Source of the DNA: Phyllobates terribilis
Lineage: Eukaryota
Length of the DNA stretch: 64,000 nt
NCBI RefSeq assembly: GCF_046119375.1
Contig: NW_027362762.1
Location: 231,322,001-231,386,000, forward strand
Direction: 5' to 3'
Made by a program: the position numbers and the translations under genes. This document shows positions 23,590 through 35,552 of the stretch, one piece after another; the first letter of the stretch is position 1; each line of letters starts with the position of its first letter. The notes under the pieces were generated by a model. It saw nothing but the letters and a program-made list of their open reading frames with translations. It did no database searches and was not told the origin of the DNA.

Positions 23590-25420
23590 CTAACTTGCCA
23601 ACCGTGGTCTGTATGGAGTTGTTCAATAAAGGGCCCAAAATTAAGATAACATAGACGGGAGAGGTCTCTATGAATAGGAATTCCTAAGAATTTGATACCC
23701 TGTGAGGGCCAGGCAAAGGGAAGGTTGGACTGGATGGAATCCTGTATGGAGTAGGGGAGGGAGACATCAAGGGCCTCAGACTTCGCTGTATTAATTTTAA
23801 AATTTGACCATGTAACAAAGTGATCTATTTCAGCCATAACAGCCTGCTGATGGATATATGTGATTGACATCATCAGCAAATGCAGAGCACTTGTACACGG
23901 TGCCTCCCACCTCAATCCACCTAATATTGGGGTTATGGCGAATTGATGAGAGCAGGTGCTCCGTCACTAGGATGTATAAGAGAGGGGACAGAGGACATCC
24001 CTGCCTTGTCCCATTGGTGATTATGAAAGGTGATGAAAATGTTCTGACGTGCCCCCTGGGCCTTGGGACATCCGGAGCCGGACCCTTTTTGGTGGATGCT
24101 GGTGGCTGTAGTCTCCGTGGCGGCGACCCGGTTCCGTGGCTCAGGGCGGTCAAAGCAGTGGCGGAACTATTTATGTGGTTTTGATGTTTAAATGTCCGAC
24201 TACGCCACCCGTGGATTGCGGTCAGAGTGAACCGCCGATGCAGGGCAGACCGCTGAGGCTGGTGTTGTGGGTGCAGCAGAGCATAGCATAACTCGCCACG
24301 GGAGGAGTATAGCCTCAGGGCAGTGTATGCGGAGGATGGGGTGATGGTGCAGGGCAGCAGCAGTAATGACACGGGGTCAGTGATGCAGTTCAGGGCCTTT
24401 ACTCACAGTTCTTATTATCCAGACCACTTCTGCAGGTAACGGCTGCCCACGTCGTACTGTGCTCACCAGGTGAGGTTCTCAGACAACTCCCAGATAACTT
24501 TGGAGCGCTTCACAGGACCCCCTTTGTGTGTCCTTTATCTGGCCTTTCTTACCAACACTTCTGTCCGGCTGCCTCAGGCCTCCTCTTGGTAAACCTGGCG
24601 CCAGTTTCCCTGACCCTATGTGCTGCCCTCCTAGCGGGTGTAGCGAGGGGCTGTGCCACATAAAATGTCACAGCCTCCGGTTTCTAGCTGAGGGTCATTT
24701 CCCACCTCCACTAGTTTCGGGGACCGGTCTCCCCCTTTGGCCGGACCCCTCCACGCAGGTGGATTCGGGCGTGCGGTGGCGACTCGCCCGTCCAAACTCC
24801 TGGGATCCCTTTGTTCCTCATTCCTGGAGCCTTCTCCGCTCCTCTTCCTTCCTTCTCCCTCTTCCAGGCCTGGGCCTCTGTTACTAGGCCCGCCTCCAGA
24901 GCAGAGCTCATGCAGAGCCCCTGCTCCCTGTCCCTTCTGCTCAGACTTCTCTGCACAGAACTAAGATGGTGCCCACCTTTTATACTCCCTTCTCAATGCA
25001 CCCCGGAACTGCTTCCTCCTTGCTCCTGCACAACAGGCTTCCCCTTCCTCAGTGTTCCCTCCCCCCACTCCAGCCAGGGACTGGGACTGTCGTGCCGATT
25101 TCAGGGGCATATTGGTCGCCCTGCCCCACGGCAATGTGGTGTAATGCATGCAGGTGTCGGGGTCCTGATCTACACTCCATCCTTACCTGAGAGTGAGATA
25201 TCACACCTCCGGGTGAGGTGCAATACCTCTGCAGCAACCGAGCCCTCGGGGTGCTACAGTTTCCATTTATCTTCAGCCTAGGTGACGCATTGCGATACAG
25301 GGCTGTGATTTTGGCAATAAAAGGGTCCCCTAGACCCCTACACCAAGCTTTTTAAGAGAATAATATATGGCGTGCCAGGAGACTCTATGGAATGCTTTCT
25401 CAGCATCTAACGAGAGTATC
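23590..25420 (-). pseudogene. L1 reverse-transcriptase fragment interrupted by a solo LTR
   Basis: LDAEKAFHRVSW and ITALYRNASPRLKING (25260-25420), then FSSPFIITNGTRQGCPLSPLLY..SAFADD (below 24044) and FKINTAKSEAL. Confidence 0.9.
24045..25258 (-). mobile_element. Solo LTR of a Gypsy family related to the 55012-62969 element
   Basis: TG...CA ends. Flanks GTTC / GTTTC form a 4-bp TSD with a 1-nt slip, and removing it restores the L1 frame KINGTFSSPF. 24045-24340 resembles 55012-55290. Confidence 0.85.
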
Positions 25421-26356
25421 TAATTACAAATTTTTAACTGCATATAGCCCAGGAAATACTTTGTGCCTAGTAGCAGTGTCTGCTAGTCAGCGGATTATCC
25501 CGGCTGTTAAGCAAGCTACACCACCTGTAGTTTGGACACTTAATTTTTTCAAAGGAAATGCTTCGGGACCAAGGGATACTCAGTGAAGAGCATCAGGAGG
25601 CACCCCAAGGCACCCCAAGGCATAAGGTAGGATGCCTTGCGGTGGACAGCTGAGCTCGATCCTTATAAAAGCTTTTTAACTGCAGCAGCTTTAGTGGACG
25701 CTACTGGAGCTGGAATTACGCGGCTGCTGGCATGAGACTTGCCCTTCAATAGATCCTTGTAAAAGTATTTAAAGTGTATTCATTCAAAATAGAGAGACAA
25801 TTTAAATTAAAAAGCTTAGAGCTGCCTCCACCACATTGGGGCTCGCTCGACCCACCAGCGGACAGGCACCAGTGTTGGGAGAGGGGGGCTGGCCGTCAGG
25901 GTTCACCGCGGCTCTGGCACAAACCCGGCGACACGGAGGTGGCACGGGCAGGAGCGGACTGGCCGTGTCGGCTTCTCACTTTTTGGATTTTAGAAGGGCA
26001 TGAAATGCCTATATCTGTGTCTCCCCCTCCTTTTACTCCTTCACCTCTTTTCTTTTCGCATGACTATATGTCACTTTTCCATGTGTTAGTTAAGTCTTCT
26101 GAGCAGTTTGTCAGCTTTTGGACACCTTTGAAGGTGTTTTCTATGTGTTTCTATGTGTTTTTGTTTGCCTGCCATTGGTTTTAACACTGTTCGAAGGTGT
26201 TCGATGAACAGTTCGACGAACAGTTCGGCGAACACACGGGTGTTCGACAAACCGAACCGAACTCGAACACTACTGGGGTGGCTCAAAACTACATATAAGT
26301 TCGCTCCAAATTCAGTCATTTGTAGTGAGCATGGAAGATATTGTCCTTCATTTAAA

Positions 26357-29300
26357 ATGGGCAAGGCACGTGGCAAGGGACGCGGAACTGGACATGATGG
26401 TGATGGTGCATGCAGATCCAGTGGGCAAGGTGAAATTGTGCCACTCACATGTTCTCGCTCGACCTTCCTGTCCCAATTAATAGGGGACCGCAGAACACCA
26501 CTATTGAACACACAGCAGTGTGAAAAGATTATTGGTTGGATAGCAGATAATGCTTCCAGTCTCTTAGCCACAACCACCACCACCTTGTCTTCCACACAGT
26601 CAAGTCTCAGTAGCCATGAGTCTGGACTGCATATTCTTCACCCTGAACCTCTTTCCTCCCACCGTGTCGAGTGCCCAGAGACAAGTGATCCCACAACTTG
26701 GACAGCTGTTCCCTTTTCCATTTATAGATTTGGGCCTCTCGCCTGGTCCACTTGAAGCAGGACAAGAGGAGATCGCATGCTGTGATGCACAAACATTTGA
26801 GCAGCCACGGTCAAATGAAGGAGACAGTGGGAAAGTGTCACAAGAGGTGGACGATGATGAGACACAATTGCCAAAAAGTCAGGAGGAGGACTAGAGTGGG
26901 AAGTGGAAGACGAGGTGGTGGATTATATAGTAATTGACCCAACCTGGCAGGTAGACACGCAGAACGTGGAGAGCAGCACAAAGGAGGAGAGAGGCAGGAA
27001 GAAGCAATGTGATGGCTGCAGAAAGAAGGCAGGCAACCGTTCCCGGTAACCCCAATACAAAGGAAGTTGCCAGTACAACTGTTAGGTCTTCCCGAGTCTT
27101 GTTGTTTTATAAAGATTCTGCCAATAACCCCAAAATGGCCATTTGCACAACCTGCCAGGCCAACATAAGCAGGAGTGGGAAAACCACTAGCCTGACCACC
27201 ACCAGCATGATCAGGCACATGGCAGCAAAGCACCCGACTTTGTGGGCCCTACCCCAGGGTCCAGGAACAGTGTCTGCAGGTGGCACCTCTGCTTATTCCG
27301 CTGTTGTGCAGGCAAACAAATCCCCTGTCTATGGTGCATGAAAAGATGCCTCCTGTCCGGCAACTGTCATTACACACTCTCAAGTAGCAGCATCAGGAAG
27401 CACGTCCACGTCTTTGTCCCAGCGTAGCGCTCAGTTGTCCAGTCCTTGGAACACAAGAGCAAATACGCAGCTCCACAGGCCACACTACTAAATTCTCACA
27501 TTTCGTGACTGCTAGAAATGTTGCCTTTTAGGCTCATTGAGACGAAAGCATTCCACAACCTGATGGCAGCGGCCGTTCCTCGGTACTCGGTCCCCAGCAA
27601 TCACTGTTTCTCCCAGTGTGCCGTCCCCGCATTATACAAGCAGGTGTCCCAAAACATTAGCCGTTCCTTCAACAACGCAGTTACAGGGAAAGTCCACCTA
27701 ACCACGGACAGGTGGACAAGTGATTGTGGGCAAGGAAGGTACATCTCGCTTACTGCACACTGGGTTAACATAGTGGAAGCCGGGACCCAGTCTGACCTTG
27801 AGATGGAACACGTCCTCCCGATGCCAAGGATCGCAGGCCCTAGGTCAATCAGTGTTGCCCCAACAGTCTACAGCTCCTGCACCTCATCCTCCTCAGCCTC
27901 CTCCTCCTCTTCAGCCTCCATCTCTGAAATGACCACATCAGTCACAAGCTAGAAGCACTGCAACACTGCCTTGGCCAAGCGGCAACAGGCTGTGTTGAAG
28001 CTAATATACTTAGGTGACAAACCACACAATGCTGAAGAGTTGTGGACAGCTCTGAAAGCGCAGGCAGATCTGTGGCTCACACCGCTAAACCTACAGCCAG
28101 GCATGGTCATGTGACAATGGCTGGAAACTGTTGGCGGCTCTGAGGCGAGGCGAGCTCACACACATACCATGCCTGGCCCATGTGCTTAACCTCGTGGTTC
28201 AGCAATTTCTCAAATCCTACCCGGAGCTGCCGGATCTGCTTTATAAAGCATGCCGCCTGTGTTCTCATTTTAGAAAGTCACCTACAGCTTCCGCCACCCT
28301 TGCCATGCTTCAGCAGCATTTGCAGCTTCCTGCTCACAGACTGGTTTGTGATGTCCCCACGTGTTGGAACTCTACACTGCAGATGTTGGGAAGGATTCGT
28401 GAGCAGAAGAGGGCAGTTGTTGAGTACCAGCATCAACAAGGCCATCGGTATTCAGCTCAGACTTCATACATAAGACCTCAGAAGTGGACATGGATGTCAG
28501 GTATATGTACCATCCTCAAAAACTTTGAAAACTCCACCCAGATGGTGAGCGGTGATGACGTCATATTTAGTGTCACCATCCCGCTTCTCTGTCTTCTGAA
28601 ATGCTCTCTGCTCATAATCAAAGAGGATGCATTGCAGGTGGAGCACGATGAGATGGAGCAAGGAACCATACAGGGTGATTACACACAGCCCAGCCTCATC
28701 TCATCCTAACATGGATTGGGTGACAATGAGGAGGATGAGGAGGAACAAGAGCTAGTTTCATGCACTATAGACAGCACTACCTGCACAACTGTCATACCGT
28801 CTGTTCAGCGTGGATGGCCAGAGGACAGAGAGGAGGAGGAGAGCATGGTCAGTCATCCGCTTGGTGAGGACACGGAAGTCTTGCCTCTTAGTAGTATGGC
28901 ACGCATGGCTGAGTTTATGTTATGCTGCCTTTCCCATGACCCTCGCATTCTCAACATTTTGGGTGCCCATCATTACTGGTTGGTGACACTTCTAGACCCA
29001 CGCTACAAGGAGAACTTTATATCTTTTTTTCCTGAGGTGGACAGGTCTACAAAAATGGGGCTGAACCAGAAGGCCCTTGTAGCGAATCTATTAAAAAAAT
29101 TCCCATCTGAAAACCCTGGCGGCAGAGGGAACACTTCATTGGACAACCAAGGAGTACAGGCGAGAGAGACACAACTTCAATCCAGTAGAGGCAGGGGAAC
29201 ACTGTCAAAGTTCTGGGGGAGGTTTCTCAGTCCCTCCTATCGCACAGGCCCTGAGGCGCGGGGTACTCTCACAAGGAGTGCAAAGTTTGGGAAGATGCTG

Positions 29301-29597
29301 AGGGAATACCTTTCCGACCGTACCAACGTCTTCCGTGATTCCTCTGTGCCTTATAATTATTGGGCATCCAAGCTGGATACATAGAATGAACTGGCTCTCT
29401 TTGCCTTGGAAGTCCTGGCCTGCCCTGCCGCCAGTGTTTTATCAGAGCGGGTTTTTAGTGCCACTGGTGGAATTATAGCTGATAAGCGCATCCGTCTGTC
29501 AACTGAAGATGCTGACAGGCTGACTCTAATAAAAATGAACAAGGGCTTGATTGGGCCAGACTTCTCAACACCACCGAATGATAGCAGCGTAACATAA
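26357..29597 (+). pseudogene. hAT transposase pseudogene of the outer element (many stops and frameshifts)
   Basis: MGKARGKGRG start, BED finger CTTCQANISRSG..MIRHMAAKHP, MLPFRLIE, HLTTDRWTS, HIPCLAHVLNLVVQQF, CDVPTCWNST, TLLDPRYK, and the hATC motif VLACPAASVLSERVFSATG. Confidence 0.93.
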
Positions 29598-30009
29598 ACT
29601 CAAATCCAGTGTCTTTTTTTTGGAGGTGTATTCACATGCACCTTTTCACACCCATACATGGGTACACGCTTCCTGATTTTGTCTATTTGCTCTTGTCCTC
29701 CTCCTTCTCCTCATCCTCCTCCACCATATCACCAGGGTGACCGTGGTCCATGATGCAACACCCACATAATTTTTTTAAAGGGTGCTTATGATGCCCATAA
29801 AAATTTTTTTTTATACAGTATGTTCATGTATACCCCGCAGAGGTAAATGTTTGTCAGCCCATACACATAGTGCATGTGCATTACAAGTATAGGAGGCCCG
29901 CTCCTTTCTAATGGGAACATTTTTTTATGAGGCCCTCCTCCACGGCTCTTCCAAGGGGCATTGGAGTTCCTCCATATTTTTGGCAACCCTTGCATTCACT
30001 ACATAGGCC

Positions 30010-30340
30010 AACACTATGGGAGACTCTCTTCTTTCTATTGGAAATTTGTTGTTACTGTAGCCCTGCTCTATGTCTCTTTAAATTGTTAGTGGGGTTTTTC
30101 CTAAATTTGGTCAGCCGCTAGACTCACTGCATACCCTATAACTGTATAGCAGACTCTTTCCTTTCTAATGGGAATTTGTCCTTACTGTGGCACTGTTCTA
30201 TGTGTCTTTAATTTCTTAGTGGGGATTTTCCTAAGTTTGGTCATCTGTTGGACTCACTGCATACCCTAAAACTGTGTAGCTGACTCTCTCTTTTCTAATG
30301 GGAACATGTCATACTTGTTACTGTGGCCTTGCTCTATGTG
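30010..30340. repeat. About 130-bp degenerate tandem repeat (about 2.6 copies) in the hAT 3' region
   Basis: GACTCT..TTTCTA(A/T)TGG recurs near 30022, 30151 and 30281. Confidence 0.75.
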
Positions 30341-31129
30341 TTTTTCAGATTCCCTCCATCATCAATGAAACAGGATGTGTCTGATGACACCACTTTGCCA
30401 GATAAGGTTGTAAAATGTTAAAATTGTCATTTGCCGGTGAATGCATTTGCCTTAAAGAATAACGTTAAAAAAAAAAAAAACAGTAGAATCTTTCTTTTGT
30501 ATAAAAAGTCGCCAATGTAAACTCAATGTAATCACATTGTTTAGCTCCTGCACCTCCTCCTCCATCTCCGAAATGATCACATTAGTCACAAGCTGAAAGC
30601 ACTGCAGAACTGCCTTGGCCAAGCGGCAACAGGCTGTGCTGAAGATAACATGCTTAAAGCTTAGGTGACAAACCGCCAGAGATGCAGAGCTTTTGAAAGC
30701 TGTAACACAGCAGCTTGATCTGTGTCTCTCACCGCTGAACATACAGCAAGATATGGTCGTGTGTGACAATGGGTGGAACCTGGTGACGGAGAAATGACAG
30801 CCGGAGTAGATACGGTTTCCCTCTATGCCAGTCCTTTTTCTCAGCTTAAGAATATGGCTGTGGTGAAATACAGCTTCCACTGAGAAGCTGTTTCAGATTG
30901 AAAAAAATTGTGCCCACCAGAGGATTTGATTTTGAGGGCTCACCTTTCTCCCCCGCTCAAGAGCCCCATAGCAACTGCAAAGTTAGCGCTATCATGAACC
31001 CTCCTGATGTAGAAACCAGGGCACACCAGAGGATTCTCTGGTGGAACCGTACAACCCTGCCGAGAAGCAGTACTGGCTAAGAAAAGTGTGTGGGAAGGTT
31101 CCTGGACACTCTATGGCTGCTTTTTTACT

Positions 31130-31262
31130 GAGGTGGAAACCCACACAAACATGGGGAGAAAATACAAAGTCCTTGCAGATGTTGTCCTTGCTGGGATTTG
31201 AACCCATGATCCCAGCGCTGCAAGGCTTCAGTGCTAAACACTGATCCAATGTGCTGCCGTTC
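31130..31262 (-). mobile_element. 5' part of a tRNA-derived V-SINE-like element
   Basis: Minus: CGGCAGCACATTGGATCAGTGTTTAGCACTGAAGCCTTGCAGCGCTGGGATCATGGGTTCAAATCCC (A/B boxes). Same family as 48835-49119. Confidence 0.8.
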
Positions 31263-31544
31263 ACCCTCTAATATCTAACAGGCTTGAGAAACTTGCACCT
31301 ACTGTCACTCTATCGTCAGCTCCTTTGTGAGAAACTAATGTATTTGGGCAGCCACTCAGTCTACCAAATAAAATTCCTGAGAAGGAAATTGGGGAGGGCT
31401 TCGCTACTGGTACTGGGGGCAGTGCTAATACCATGGCGTCGTACCATAGTTTACTGGAAATATTCCAGGCTGGTAGTAGGCAAGCAAATTCAAACAGAAA
31501 AGTACCAGTAGCAATGTTCAGGGACCAGGGCTTGTAGAAGACGT

Positions 31545-32860
31545 AGACAACTCCGGGAGAAATAGTGACGGCTGGGGACCAAGTATGGACACGAGGCATG
31601 AGGCATGAGGCTGTGAAAAGCTTCCACCTCCACAAGACTAAAAGGCAACATTTCAAATGCAAGCAGCTGCCCAGAAATCTGGCAGTTTAGTATTGCAGCC
31701 TGTGGGTGGGTGGCTGGCTGCATACTTGCTCTTGCATTCCAAGTAACAGAAAACTAAGCAGATGGTGGCCTCTATCATCATCATGGCCTCACCTCGGCAC
31801 TATGAACTCTCCTGAAGGAGAAGCCAGGGCCCACCGGAGGAGTCTCCGGTTTTCTGGTGGGTCCGTCCAACCCTGCCGAGAAGCAGCCCTCAGAAAAGGT
31901 TTGGGGGAAGGTTCCCGGACACTCTATGGCTGTTTTTTTAATGTAGATCAGACATCCTTATGCATGTTATTTCTCAAACCGGATTGCAGATCAGGCCATT
32001 GCCCATCTCTAGTCTTGTAATTAAATGCGCAAAGAAAGATGTTTGTGTGTCAAAGCACCACCGAGAAGTGAGAGTTGATGTTGGACGGTATGCCATTGCT
32101 TCTGCAAAAGCTGCTTCAGAGGGCTTCCTGGGAGAAATGACACCGAGAGTAGATACGGTTTTGCTCTATGCCAGTCACCGAGCTAAAGAATATGGTTGTG
32201 GTGTAATACAACTCTCAGCAAAAAAAGCTGTGGACTGGCTCTGTACCGTCCCTGGCCACATTCACCTGTCCACGTGTTTGTGGTTAGGCGGTCCTTCCCA
32301 GTAAGTGCACTGGGGAGGGCATGGGTAATTTTTGTGGGACCCGTGCTTGTGGAAGGCGGAGATGACACCGGGAGAAACAGTGGTTGCTGGGGACCGAGTA
32401 TGGACACCCAGCCGCCGCCGGCATGAGGTTATGAAAAGCTTCCGCCTCCACGAGCCTAAAAGGCCACATTTCAAGTGAAAGAAGCTTTAGAGGACTTCCT
32501 GGGAGAAATTCCAGCTGGGTAGATATGGTTTCCCAAGTCCTTTCACCAAGCTAAAGAATATGGTTGTGGTGAAATACAACTCAGCAAAAAAAGCTGTGGA
32601 CTGGCTCCATACCGTCCCTGGCCACATTCACCTGTCCACGTGTTTGTGGTTAGGCGGTCCTTCCCAGTAAGTGTACTGGGGAGGGCACGGGTAATGTTGT
32701 TGGACCCGTGCTTGTGGAAGGCGGAGACGACACCAGGACAAATAGTTGCGGCTGGGGACCGAGTATGGATACCCGGTCGCCGCCGCTATAAGATTGTGGA
32801 CAGCTTCCGCCTCCACGAGCCTAAAAGGCCACATTTCAAGTGCAAGCAGCTGTCAAAAAT
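31545..32860 (-). other. Three inverted (antisense) partial copies of the hAT transposase coding region inside the 3' subterminal region
   Basis: Minus-strand pieces read EMLPFSLVEVEAFHSLM..YLVPSRHYFSR, MWPFRLVEAEAFHNLM..YSVPSNHCFSR and RLTTNTWTGECGQGRY, matching 27510-27745. Confidence 0.85.
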
Positions 32861-33779
32861 TTGGCAGTATAGTATTGCAGCCTGTGGGTTGGTGGGTGGC
32901 TGGCTGCATACTTGCCCTTGCATTCCAAGGAATGGGGAAGGGACAACTGAACGCTGCACTGGGACAAGGACATGGACAGTGATTGTTGCAAGTCTGCAAT
33001 GACAGGTGCATGGCGGGAGGCATCTTTGCATGCGCCAAGGATCACTCACTTATGATGGGCACACTTTTAGGCAGTGACCTGGGAGTCAAAGATGCTTCCA
33101 TGGGTCTTCCCCATGCTGTTCCCATGTATTTTCAGCACTGTATGCATGTGTCTGATGATTTGTCACACACCACATGGAAAAATAAGGTTGTAAAATGTTA
33201 AAATGACATTTCCAAGTGAATGCATTTGTCTTGGTTGAAAGCAATGCAAAAGGGCAAAAATGCATCAAAAACACTACGTGTGAACATAGCCCAAGGTGTG
33301 GAAGAGTATTTTTGGTTTTGGTTATTTATTTTGCCTTATATACAAGTCATTACCCCTGAAATGATGTTCCTTAACATATTTCCCAGGAAAATCCATTTTG
33401 GTTTTGTTTTTGTATGTTTTATTGTGAGTCCGTAAAAGTGGTGTAATACCTCTGACAACGTTGACAGCAGTGACCCGGGAGTCAAAAATGCTTCCAGGGG
33501 TCTTCCCCATGCTCTTCCCTTGTCATTTGAGCACTGTTCCCATCGATTTGGACAATTTTTAGGCCCTCTGCACACTGCCGCGAAGAGCCGCCTGAAAAAT
33601 GCTTGAGTTTCCCATAGACTTACATTGGGCTCGTTGCTCGGGTCGAACACCCGAGTATTCCAATTTGTTTGACCAGAGCAACGAGCAACCGAGCATTTTA
33701 GTGCTCGCCCATCACTATATGCAAATATGCTTAGAAGAATTGATGCTTTCACGCTGTGAAGGTAAAAGGTTGGTCAGAC

Positions 33780-35552
33780 CATCTTGCGGGAGGATAAATG
33801 TTAATCTAATGGAAATGTAGAGTCCCTGTCGGTGGAGATAAGGGGAGGGGGAAAAAATAATAAATTACTGATAAGGGTTTGTTTTAAGTCTCCAAAAAGA
33901 ATGGAAGCAGTGGAGAATATCCTCGTAAAGCAAAGAGATAAAGCAGCGACTCAAGGAGAAGTCATTATTATGGGGGACTTCAACTACATTGAAATACATT
34001 GGGGGACAGAAACCTACATTTCAAGCAAAGCTAAAAGGTTTTTGACAACTATGAGAGACAATTACCTTTCACAACTCGTTCAAGACCCAACAAGAAGGGG
34101 GGCACTGCTAGACCTTATATTAACCAATAGGTCAGACCGCATATACGAGTTAGGGGTCACTTGGGTAATAGTGATCACAAAATAATAAGTTTTCATGTAA
34201 CCTTTAATAAGATGTGTAGTAGAGGGGTTACAAGGACACTAGACTTCAGGAAGGCAAATTTCCAACGATTGAGAGATGATCTTAGTGCAATAAACTGGGA
34301 CGATATCCTGAGAAATAAAGCTACACAAAGCAAATGGGAGACATTTATTAGCATCCTGAATAGGATCTGTGTACAATATATACCCTTTAGGAATAAACAT
34401 GCTAGAAATAGGAGGAAACCACTATGGCTAAATAGAGCTGTAAGGGGCGCAATAAGTGACAAAAAGAAAGCATTTAGAGAACTAAAGCAAGTAGGTAGTG
34501 ATGAGGCATTAAATAAATATAGAAAATTAAATAAATTCTGTAAAAACAAATCAAGGCAGCAAAGATTGAGGCTGAGAGAATCATTGCCAGAGAAAGTAAA
34601 AATAATCCCAAAATATTCTTTAACTGCATAAATAGTAAAAAACTAAAAAATGATGGTGTTGCCCCCCTTAAAAATAGTCTGGGTGAAATGGTGGATGAGG
34701 ATGAGGAAAAAGCCAATATGCTAAATTATTTTTTTTCAACCGTATTTACACAAGAAAATCGCATGACGGAAAACATGATTAGTGATAACAAAAATTGTCC
34801 ATTAAATGTCACTTGCTTAACCCAGCAGGGCTAAAGTTGACAAATTCCCGGTCCCGGATGGGATACACCTGCGAGTACTGCAGGAATTAAGTAACGTCAT
34901 AGACAAACCATTATTTTTAATGTTTAAAGATACCATAATAACAGGGTCTGTACCACAGGACTGGCATATAGCAAATGTAGTGCCAATATTCAGAAAGGGG
35001 ACAAAAATTAAACTTGGAAATTATAGGCCAGTAAGCTTAACCTCTACTGTGGGTAAAATCCTGGAGGGTTTCCTAAGAGATGCTATACTAGAGTATGTGA
35101 AGAAGAATAACCTCATGACCCAATATCAACATGGGTTTACAAGGGACCGCTCCTGTCAAACTAATCTGATCAGTTTTTATGAGGAGGCAATTTCCGGACT
35201 GGACCAAGGAAATGCAGTGGATGTTGTGTATATGGACTTTTCAAAAGCTTTTGATACGGTTCCACACAAAAGGTTGATACATAAAATGAGAACAATGGGG
35301 ATAGGGGGAAAATATCTGTAAGTGGGTTAAGAACTTGCTCAGTGATAGGAAACAAAGGGTTATTAATGGAAAACACTCAGACTGGGTTTCAGTTAACAGT
35401 GGGGTACCAAAGGGGTCAGTATTGGGCCCTTCTTTTTAACATATTTAGTAATGATCTTGTAGGGGGCATACAGAGTAGTAGTTCAATATTTGCAGATGAC
35501 ACTAAACTCTGCAGGGTAATCAATACAGAGGAGGACAATTTTATGTTACAAT
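33780..35552 (+). pseudogene. CR1 LINE ORF2 fragment (endonuclease C-part + RT), truncated at both ends
   Basis: VIIMGDFNY, LSQLVQDPTRRGALLDLILTN, ANVVPIFRKG..NYRPVSLTSTVGKILE, QHGFTRDRSCQTNLISFYE, YMDFSKAFDTVPH, FADDTKL. Confidence 0.95.

Larger units (their letters stand above)
16490..26291 (+). mobile_element. hAT DNA transposon ('inner' copy) nested in the outer hAT
   Basis: Left TIR TAGAGATGAGC, right GCTCAAAACTA. 8-bp TSD CACATAAG (16482-89) / CATATAAG (26292-99). GTTCG/CGAAC subterminal motifs at both ends. Confidence 0.9.
15289..33717 (+). mobile_element. hAT DNA transposon ('outer' copy), complete ends, with nested insertions
   Basis: Left TIR TAGTGATGAGC, right end GCCCATCACTA. 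8-bp TSD TATGCAAG (15281-88) / TATGCAAA (33718-25). GCTCG/CGAGC subterminal motifs. Transposase pseudogene at 26357-29597. Confidence 0.9.
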
